A stretch of DNA of 64,000 nt from the NCBI GenBank assembly GCA_012295275.1, contig CM022670.1, forward strand, positions 32,302,001 through 32,366,000, in the 5' to 3' direction. The notes beneath the pieces were generated by a model, which worked only from the letters and a program-made list of their open reading frames with translations, searched no databases and was not told where the DNA came from. Made by a program: the position numbers and the translations under genes. Shown one piece after another: positions 13,812 through 24,000 of this stretch (its first letter is position 1; each line of letters begins with the position of its first letter). Source of the DNA: Chrysomallon squamiferum. Its lineage: Eukaryota; Animalia; Mollusca.

Positions 13812-14370
13812 AACAGTGTATATGTCATTAAAATTTTTTCCATTCAGCAGTAATTTGGGGGCCTTCTTGAATTTCAAGCTCGTATCTGGTTGGCTTTTGA
13901 ATTGACCCTTACTATGATTTGTCCCAAAATAAACAGTATTTTATTTCAGTTTATCTTCTTTACTAATAGTGTTATTATTAGCTGGCACTGTAATGCGGAC
14001 GGGGGGGGGGATATTAACCATATCAAACAAAAAAATGCTGTTTCCCAATATCTTTTTACAAAATACATTCTGTTTAATGTAGAATCTGGGTTACTCTTAA
14101 CTAATTTAAAATTTAGCCTAATTATAACGAAATCCGAATTTGTTTATCAGTATTACAATTGTGTCTTTTGTTTTAGACCGGACAATACAAATGACGTCAT
14201 TTGATTACGCTGTTATGTCGTTTAACTTTAATACCTGTCTAAATTGATTAATTTTAATTTATTTATATTTAATTTATTTATTCATTTTCTACATTAACAA
14301 CAACACTCAGTTTATTCTAAAATTAAGAAAATGAAATGAATATATTTTATGTGTATAGTTAAACATTGAC
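13100..14370. promoter_or_regulatory. Shared upstream region of the divergent ankyrin paralogs with CRE, E-box and CCAAT elements
   Basis: Perfect 16-bp palindrome CAAATGACGTCATTTG (CRE core) at 14188-14203. CRE-like TTACGTCAT at 13144-13152. GTCACGTGA at 13621-13629 followed by CCAAT at ~13649-13653. Confidence 0.4.
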
Positions 14371-14373
14371 ATT

Positions 14374-15063
14374 ATGGCTGAGGATTTTTTCGACGTATTT
14401 AAAAGAAACAGCCTGCGGCAGGTAGTAAAGGAACCATATAATTATTCATAGAATTGAATTCAGATTTTATTTATTTATTATAAATGCATTTTGAACTTGA
14501 TGCGGATACTTTACCGTATTTAAAAACTGCTTCGTGGCAATTAAATGTAAATCATTTTGAAACAAAGATTTGTAATACAATATTAACTAAAATTACTGAT
14601 TAAAATTGTAATTGTGAATCTTATCTATTTTGTTGATTTATTTATCATGATTATTTCAGTAACAACTGTTTCTTTATTCGAAATTTAATTATGTTTTAGA
14701 TAATTTATTTTTCAGAATTTGTATGTGTGTTGGTAAGTGCGTGCGTGCATTTGTATATGTTCGAGTGTGTGCATATGTAGTTACGATCAGTTTTTGCTAA
14801 ACCTTTTTTAATATTTAAAGGTAAAATTAATGCTGGAGGCGGGACATGATGTTAATGCCAGAAATAAAAAAATGGAGACACCACTAATGGCATGTATAAA
14901 GTATTGCCTCAACCCCAACTGTCGAGCTAGTATACTGAAACTACTTCTCGAGTCCGGGGCTGATATAAACTTACGTAACTCGCAAGGCCAAACAGCACTT
15001 ATTTACAGTTGTATTCTTAATCAGCTGGATTCAGTAGTCATATTATTACAAAAGGTATTCTGA

Positions 15064-15116
<53 letters not shown>

Positions 15117-16709
15117 TAATAATAATAAAATTCTCTCCAAATGTAGATATATTTTTCATGTCCCTGTTAATACTGATGTGTATATATTTTTTTATTTCGT
15201 TTCATTTTGCTTGTTTTTTCTTACTTTTTCTATAATTTATATATAGATTTATTTATTTCAAAATGTATCTGGCTGCAACAGCCAATCAGTTAATTTTTCT
15301 TTTATTTATAACACAATTTCAAGAAATAATAATTAAGAAATAAAATACAAACTAGCTAAATGTTATTTATGTCGAATAATCGAAATCAAATACATTAATT
15401 TCGTCGGGATAACCTAGAAAAATCCTATTTATTTACTTTATTATGTCATTTAATCAATCAGTAGTACCAGTAACATCTAAAATAATAATTACAAATATGT
15501 TTATTAAAAGGGATAATATATTTTTTGATATTGAAGCAAAGCCTGGACATAAACCAGAGTGATAATGATGGTAACACCGCTCTCATGTATGCGTGTAATT
15601 TGGGCTTCCCAGAAATTGCTGCAGTTTTGCTCGAATCACACAGACTCCATGAGCATTACATTGACCTGAACAAACAAAATTATGATAAATATACAGCCTT
15701 GGACCACGCCGTTGATCGTGGTCGTTTTAACATTGTTCGACTTTTCGCTAATTTGCTCTCAATCCCAGAATGTTACTTAAAAGAAGGGAGTCAAGCGTCT
15801 GCACCTAAGCTCGATGCACTGTTGGCGAATGATGCTGCACAACCAAAGCAAACCACCTTGCGCTTTGTAGAAGAAGTTCGTGCTTCATTACCATCTGAAA
15901 AGCCCGATTCATCGGCAGTCCTGCCAAAGTCTATGCATGGAAGCGAACAACAATCTAAATCGATGAATGACTCGAGTTCATTCAATCTTAGCGACAGTCA
16001 CCCTGCATTAACAGACGGCGAAACAGACGAAAAACACGAGATCAGAGAAGAAGATGTAATGAAGAAGGGGAAAGAAATGTCCGATAAGAAGGAATCTGCA
16101 CAGATTAAAATAGACTGTTATGGTGAGTTATCAACAAATAATGAATGGTACAACAAGCAGCAAAATGAATCGTCGTGCACCAGCGCATCGCAAAGCATGG
16201 ACAACATAAGAAACGGTAAATTAATCCGTGCTGACGAATCAAAAATGAGCAGGCGTAAAAGTAAATCTTTTAGAAAAAGAGACGTCAAAAAAGGTAACTG
16301 CAAGTCTGTCAATGGTTTTCCAGTAGGAACTTCAAATAACCAAGATAGCGTTAACTACAATGATAAATCGAAGAAATCGTTGATGAACTTCGATGTCCTA
16401 GCCAGTTCTGATGATCTTAAAGTAAGGCTGAATAAATTAGGCATTTATATGGGTAATGATATTGCATCATCTGGCGAAAATCAAAACTCTAAACCATCCA
16501 CTCCCAGTCAGTCGGAATTAGTAAAAACCTCAGCAAAATTTAGTCAAGATGTAGGCTTGTCTCAGTTTTCATCAGGAGATAATATTTCTGAACATAATTC
16601 AGAGGACGACATTACTTGTAGTTATCGACTACAGAAAACAGTCAGAGAACAATTTCCAGTTCATGGAAAGCCTTTGCCGAAAATACCAAATGGTGATAAA
16701 CATAAGTGA
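14374..16709 (+). CDS. Ankyrin-repeat protein (ANKRD63/ANKRD34-like), paralog B, 3 coding exons, ~484 aa
   Basis: Exons 14374-14421 (MAEDFFDVFKRNSLRQ, CAG|gtagta), 14821-15054 (VKLMLEAGHDVNARN...ETPLM...GADINLRNSQGQTAL, AAG|gtattc) and 15537-16709 (QSLDINQSDNDGNTALMYA...YTALDHA, then a long S/K/D/E-rich tail). Exon 1 and 2 sizes and all phases match paralog A. Confidence 0.9.
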
Positions 16710-17806
16710 GCAGAACCTGAACTTAAAAAAAAAAAAAAAAAAATATGTAATAATAATTTTTTTTTTTTTAAATAAAATAAAATATACATAATAATAATTT
16801 AGAAATCAAATTAAATATTAATTCAGACACACGTCTTAATATAATATATTATTATTATTATTATTATTATTATATTGATCATATATTTATATAAACCTAT
16901 AAGAAGAAAACAAATTGGAATTAACTTTTACATATAGATGGCATAACTGTGTATTAAAATGTTTTTAATAAATTTGCTTTTAAAAACTGTTCATTTAAAC
17001 TTGTGTTTTAATCAAAATGAATATATTTTTCAAATATGGATGCATACATGCATATATGCAATATTAATTCACTAATATCTGGAAATGAATTGAAATTAAT
17101 GTAACTGATCTTTCTTCCTAGGTCCATCGTCACTTCTATTATATTATTATTATTACTATTATTCGCTTTTTATTTTTTTATTTTTTTTTTTATTTTTTTT
17201 TTTAATGGACCAGCACATTTTAAATCTTGATATAATTAGATCAGTGCTAACTCAATTTAACAATTTCTTGGCACTAATGAAATAATTACACCAGTATTTT
17301 GTGACCACACACACAATTTATATTTATTATTTGGATAAAAAGAAATAGAAATAAATACTATCTGGCTCATAGACAGAAAAATAAACGTAAAGGACATTCA
17401 TGTTAATTCCGTAACTGGTATAATACGAAATTCAGAAGAAAGGTACCTATGGATTATTTTCTCTATTATTTTAAAGAAGTTGAACCTGCTAAAGTTATTT
17501 ATTAAAAAAAAAAAAAAAAAAAAAAAAAACAATAATAATAATAAAATACATGAAATACAAATATTCGTACACAAGAGGCACAATTTACAAAAATAAGAAC
17601 AAAAAAGACCGAGACTGAAAAAAGTGAGCGCAATCATTGTTCCATATTTGGAAACCGATTATTATTATATAGATGGTAAGGATGTCACTTATATGGTAAA
17701 GTATGCAAATATTACAAATAACGAGATAATCCATATACTGAATGTCTGTAGATATCTAAAAAAGATGGTATTCATATAAAAAAAAATGTATTTAACAAAA
17801 AACAAA

Positions 17807-17980
17807 TCACTTCAGCTTCATGAGGTGACCAATGGCGTTCAGGTACTGCAGGGGTGTCTTGGTTCCGTTGTTAGGTTGCTGCTTGAGGCGACAGACCCTA
17901 TTGTCGACATCACGATAGACTCTCTTCCTCGGCGGTGCTGCAGCTCCAGCATTCAACTGCACCAACTTTGTTCTTTGGCA
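17807..17980 (-). mobile_element. C-terminal fragment of a second MULE/Mutator-type transposase
   Basis: Translation QRTKLVQLNAGAAAPPRKRVYRDVDNRVCRLKQQPNNGTKTPLQYLNAIGHLMKLK* fits the typical animal MULE transposase C-terminus (RKRxYxxxDxRLxxL....G..T..EYL.AI.H). It lies outside the TIR remnant of the adjacent element. Confidence 0.65.
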
Positions 17981-18030
17981 TTTACTCATTTCCATACATA
18001 TACACACTCTCACTCACACATGAAACAATA

Positions 18031-19765
18031 GGCATCCTATTTATTTTGTGTTTATAGTTGCTTAAAAATTTTTTTTTTTTTAAATTTGAAAGTACTTTTG
18101 AAAACACAATTTATTCATACATGTATCATATTTAAAAATAAAACATACATAGCATCATCACTCAACCTTTTGGTTCTGGTTGCCATGAGGTTTCCAGCAG
18201 ATGTTGTAACCAGTTCCTTGAAGGAACGCTTCAACAGTCTTGCTCCCCTCTCGACTGTCCACACATAACTGGTGAAGACGACACAGTAGCTGGGTGTACA
18301 CACGCCTGTACGTACCTGTACAGTGGTTGGTGTCGAAGTAATTCAGAAGAGGTTCCATCTGTTCTGGTGTATTGTTGCGAAGGAATTGAAGGCCTGCAGG
18401 CAGATCATCAATAGAAAGTACAGCCAATGAGTCTATCATGCCACAGAACAGTTTAACGTCTTCAGAGTCCTTGTACCGCTGAGTAAGACCCAAGTCCTGC
18501 ACCCTCCGCCATGTGGACTGGGTAAGGTGGTAGAAACACCCTTGTACTATTTACATGGTCCCCTAGCACAGAAGTCACAGCATGCACCATAGCCATCTCA
18601 AAGTCTATGACTACAGTGAAAGGATCAGGGTCTTGGTGCATTTCAGAACACTTGTTGACAATAGCATGTAACATGCTTTCGTAGGTCTCTTACGATTTCC
18701 TGTGGGGCAGAGCATGGAGCGTTGACACAGGAGTGTTCCCCAGGGGACAGCGTATAACATAAGTTGGCAGAACCCGAGAGGAGCAACAGCATGGTTCCCA
18801 TCCATGAACCAGGTCTCAGCAGTTGACAGATGTTGCAGCGCATCACTGGCACCAAATATGAAGATACTTGAATCAACATCTGGACCGTTGTCATATGTGA
18901 GGAACTGTTGTGGATCAGGACCTGTTGTCAGCGCCCATTTCCCTCAGTGACAAGATCTCGAAGAGTTTCAGGTTGATGAGGGATGCGGCCAAGTCTTTGG
19001 TTACGTATGGTTCGTTTCATTGACTCTTCCCTGCCGAGTTCAACCCTGCCAGTGACATCAGTTTGACTCATGGCTTCAGTTACTATCTGGCTTTGCTTGT
19101 CGAAACTTTGCTTGGCGTGCTGCTTCATCTCAGAACAGCACTTGATAACTGCGACTTTTGTGCAATTATGAATTGTTTTCATAAGCAGCACTTAATTGAT
19201 TATCTTATTGTAATGGACTGATCAAAAATCATCAAACATAATGTAAAGATATGTAAACACCATTAATGTATCTGAGGTTCCTTTCTCTTCGTTTAGACTT
19301 AAAGTACGTGCGCAATTCCTCCAACACATGTGGGACATGTCACTGGAAACTCAGGACAGTAATGGTCTGCCAGTATTTTTCAGACAGGTGAGATGCTCTC
19401 AGTGTGACTGGGGTAAAAGATTGTTCAAGAGCGTGAGAAAATATCTGGCATGGGAAAAAGACATTTGAGTCAATTCTCTGAAATGTAATTACAATAATAT
19501 CATCTACAACACTTGTACTATAACTGTCTATCATGTTGTACATTGATACAGAGGAATTAAATATATAATTGAGATCGAACTTGTGTAGTATACATACATA
19601 CATACATACATATATACATTTACACCCCCCACACCCCACCACACCCACACACACAGACACGTTCATACAGATGTACCTAATGTTAATATGCATACACAGT
19701 TAACATATCCTCCAGAATGATATCATTCTGTCACTTCAAACATAAGATATATATGTGTGTATGTG

Positions 19766-19800
<35 letters not shown>

Positions 19801-19862
19801 ATATGTATATACTCACACACACATATCTTGTGCTATGTTTGAATTGACTGTGTGTGTATATA

Positions 19863-19898
<36 letters not shown>

Positions 19899-20192
19899 TG
19901 TTTTTTGGTGTATGTGTATGTGTATATGTATTTATATGTGTATGTATATGTATGTATATATGTGTAATACTAAACTCTGATATAATACTGTACTTTGTTA
20001 AGCAAAACCAAGTGACCGAGTGATGCTATATATTAATATACATGTAACAATATTGCATGAATAAACAGTATTTTCAAAAGTAGTTTTAATTTTTTTTATC
20101 AAAGCAACTATACAGAAAAAATGAATAGGGTGCCATTTTTTCCAAATCTGCACAGTGCCATTTCTTCTGTGTGCCATTTTTGTCCTAAAACC
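18031..20192 (-). mobile_element. Decayed Mutator/MULE DNA transposon with partial terminal inverted repeats
   Basis: The right end 20130-20192 has three GTGCCATTT subrepeats ending ...GTCCTAAAACC. Segment 18031-18118 (GGCATCCTATTTATT...TATAGTTGCTT...TACTTTTGAAAA...TTTATTCAT) is an imperfect inverted copy of ~20047-20134. Transposase remnants lie between them on the - strand. Confidence 0.85.
18158..19165 (-). pseudogene. Frameshifted, internally deleted MULE DDE transposase
   Basis: Fragments across frames: MKQHAKQSFDKQSQIV...SMKRTIRNQR; YDNG...AETWFMDGNHAVAP (first catalytic D); VVIDFEMAMVHAV (second D); GCFYHLTQSTWRRVQDLGL (CxxH motif); YFDTNHCTGTYR joined directly to RVYTQL...GYNICW. There are several frameshifts and no RTNNxxE segment with the catalytic E. 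Confidence 0.85.
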
Positions 20193-20460
20193 GAAATGAC
20201 TACCCTACTGATTTATGATCTGTATTATGCAGATACTTAATGTACTTCTTAACCTTTGACAGGTCTGAGTGCTGTTCGTGATAATATAGAGACGAGTTAT
20301 TCAATAGAGGGCCGAATAAACCACTTTTGTCGTGTGTTCTCTGTACCCCTGCTGATAAAATAAGATAATTTGGCATTGTTTATTTATCACTCGTTACAGA
20401 GACATTTACGACATTCACCGACACATTCCGAACATCTCGTTTTCTTACCCGAAAAACACC

Positions 20461-20613
20461 GGCAAGGTCCGATTGATTGTAATATATAGCGTTTTCACTT
20501 CCTGTGATAACGAAAGTGGTCCGTAGTTAGCTTTTGTGTCGCTGCTTTTTCTTTTTCTTTTTAAAATGCAGATGCATTATGGGTTTTTGAAATGTCAGAC
20601 AAACAAACGCTAG
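20461..20613 (+). promoter_or_regulatory. Putative promoter / non-coding first exon of the patched-domain gene
   Basis: CpG-containing patch with ETS-like CACTTCCTG (~20496-20504) and a strong donor TAG|gtaaga at ~20613. The next acceptor, tttgtttag at 20979, opens the ATG-containing exon. Confidence 0.45.
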
Positions 20614-21060
20614 GTAAGAGATAGGATAAATATTTTAAATGTTAAAGAGAAAAATAAAATATATGTTCATGCTGAAAGTAGTAATTTCGAATTTTATCTA
20701 TCAGTATCACTGTCACTAGTATCAGGTGTCAGGAGGCCAGACCAGTCATTTAACGTGCTTATAGTTATAATTATACACTGTTATTTTATTAGTAATAACA
20801 ATTCTAAAATTTGGTGACAGGTGTTAAAGTACTACTTTAAGTACTTAGTAGTTAACTGTTTTATATTATATTAATAAGATATAGGCTATTTAAACATATC
20901 TTTAATTTTATAAATGTTTTTAAAATTTTGTTTTATATTTTATTTATTTATTATTTTTATTATTATTTGTTTTGTTTAGAGTTTGCATATCGACGGTACA
21001 TCTTAAAATGAACATTAAGACTATGTCACAACATTAAACATATCACTGACCGTTTAATGC

Positions 21061-24000
21061 ATGGCGCAGTCAGAGGGAAATGATGATTCACAAATTAGAA
21101 AGCAGTCATGCCTGAAAAGAGTCAGCAATGGGATCGTGTTTGGCCTTGAGACTGTATTTTACAGGTAGAGTTACTTTCTGTGATAACAGATGTTTATTGT
21201 TAATGTACCTGTAAACAATTAGTCTCATTTAAAAAACAACTAAAAACATAAATAAGTAGTTAATAAATGAAAATGTATTATTGTTTATAAACAATGTGCA
21301 GACACTTAATATGCAAAAATGCAAAACAATTACATGTATATATGTTTAAAATCCATTCTTGTATAAATTATTAAATGTTTGAAAATAAAATATAAACATC
21401 ATAATGTGCAATAAATGCTTGAAATACATTTATAAAGTATAACTTTATTTGATAAAATCTTTTTTTTAGTAAAGTGTGATATCTTTGTTTTAAAAATATG
21501 ATTTTCACTTCAGAGTTGGCCTGTTTGTTGGAACAAATCCTATTATTACCATTGTTTTCTGTATAACAACATGTGGGTTGTGTGGTATTGGAATAAAAAC
21601 ACTGAAGGAAACACAGGAACAAGAGAAGCTATGGGTTCCACAGAGTTCACGCATTATCCCAGAGAAGGCCTGGGTTGACAAGAACTTCCCCACCAAGACG
21701 AGATTTGCATCTATAATTGCTGTAGGAGGAGATGTTCTAACTGTACCATTCATTAATGCAGTAAGTATGACTTCAGAACAGAAAAAGACATTTCATGTAA
21801 TTTTTATTATTTTTATAATACAGACCATTTATCTACCAATCTTGGGCCTGGAGGTGACCTGTATTTCTGGATTTTCTTTTTGTCTGGAACAAGGCTGGAT
21901 GTATAGTGATGATATAAAATAATGAAAAGTAATGAATGAAATTCTATTTAATTATTACAAATTAATACACTTCTAAAACTGACTTTCAGTAAACTGGATA
22001 AATAAAGAAAATTTTATATAATGTTTCAGTTTTATTTTCTGTCCATCTTAATATTTTCTTTATTTACAAAAATAAAACAGTTTTATTATATTACAAAAAT
22101 ATATCTGGTTTTCTTTCCTTATATTGAAAGTGTTTGATATCATTTCTGTTGTCAGAGGCTTTATTTATTTCTATTTGTTAAGTAGACTAATACATATTTG
22201 AATATATATAAAACATATTTTTGGTGCATTATTACATTATACAGAGTTAATATTAGTATTGAAAATATCAACAGTATTGAAGATGATATTTAACATTCAA
22301 AGCATGTTCCATGTGGTTTTTTCTAGCTCAATTATTACTATACAGAATCAATCAGTTTCACAGTGATGGACAAGAAGTTTAATGATCTTTGTTTAAGGTA
22401 ATTTTTAAATAAAAATATAATATTTTTTGTAAATTTTGTTTTGTTAGTTTGGGAAGCAGTTAAATATTGTGATATGTAATACACTATTATGCAAAAACAA
22501 TTACTGCATTAAGGTTTTTACAATATGCATTAAAAAACAAAATGAATTAAAAAAATTAGCATCTAATGAGATGTGATCATTAATCATCAGATGTTTTATA
22601 AATTATAATTAAGGTTTCTCTAATGTTAAATTTTTGTTGGCATAACTTTATAAAAAAAATGTTATTATGATATTTTTTATTGTGTAGAATTGGATCTACT
22701 TGTCGAATGGAAAGTTTACTTGAAGTGTGGTCCTTCAATCAAACAGCTATCAAATCTCTCACAAGAGGCAGCATTCTGAAGAATATCAACAGTATTGAAA
22801 TAAGGTATTTAATAAATCATATAAATCATATAAATTTACTGATGAAGTTATTTGTTCTGCTGATTCCTTCATAAAAAACATATTAATGAGATTTTGTTTT
22901 ATTTTATTTTATTTTATTTTTTATATTTTAATGTTTATGTTAGGAGTCTGAGAAGTTAAAGTATATGAAATATTAAATTTTTTTCTTTCAAGTCCAGTCT
23001 ATGGTACCACTTATGATGTTCTCAATATTTTGGGAGGAACAATAAGATATGACCCAATATCGAAAGAAATTGCAGGAGCTGAAGCCACACAGATGACATG
23101 GGTTTTAAGAAAAACCGATGAGGTAATTACTTATCTTTAATTATTTTCATTTTCTAGACTGTAGAAATGAATGTGCACCTTTCCAGCCATACATCCTTGA
23201 ACAATCTAACATTGATAACAAGGCCAAATTATATGTGACAGTAAGAATTTTTTTTTATGTCTTTTGTTAAATTTATATAACGAAAATGCATTTTTCTTAA
23301 CTGGAATTAAAAACAAAGAACAACATTACATCTGTATAGAAAATGAACAGTTTATCCTAAACATTTTTCTAAAGTGGGTTTAGAAAAAACAAAAATGACA
23401 TTTTTATAGAAAACAAACAGTTTGCAAGAGAAATTCTTACACTATTAACATTGAATAAAATCATACAAGTTAAAAAGAAACAAAGTTCATAACTAAACAA
23501 AAGAACTAGTTAAAATCTCAGAAAATATAAATAATTTGATCACAGATTTATAGTCTAAATGTTTCTTGCATTGTCTTTAGGTGTAAAGTAAAAATAATTT
23601 GAAATTTCAGTCATCTGTATCAAAATCATTTCTATCATATATGATAGTTCAATGTTGAATTTTTAGTTGATTAATGCAGACAAGTTATTTGAGAAGAAAA
23701 TCATTGAAATGGCTCTGAGAGGACACAAAGACATCTCTAAGACATTTGTTTATGCATCACGCAGGTTAGTGTAGTCAACTGGAATCATTGTGAATTTCAT
23801 CATCATCATCATCATTATGCATCTGTAGTTTCCCATTGTTGGGCAAAAGCCTCAGTATGTTGTTTTCACATCTATCCTATCATCTTATCAGTACTCCTCT
23901 AGTTCATACTCAAGATCATTTCTATTCATAATGATTCCAAATGGTGAAACACAATATCCATATTGAAATATTAAATACAGCATTCCCAGATTATAGAATT

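Noticed and set aside
18158-19191. Domesticated or active transposase gene
   Set aside because: Multiple frameshifts, loss of the catalytic E region and a truncated left TIR indicate a decayed element.
19757-20023. ORFs rich in VC/YI/L/N/K/RE repeats (also 32194, 42970, 43050, 43637, 45057, 49604-49943, 62436-62715)
   Set aside because: Translations of (TG)n, (TA)n, (TTA)n, (AAC)n, poly-A and (GA)n microsatellites.
22264-22799. 18-nt identity AATATCAACAGTATTGAA between an intron (~22264) and a downstream exon (~22782)
   Set aside because: Short and AT-rich with no extended alignment; it cannot be distinguished from chance or a trivial local duplication.
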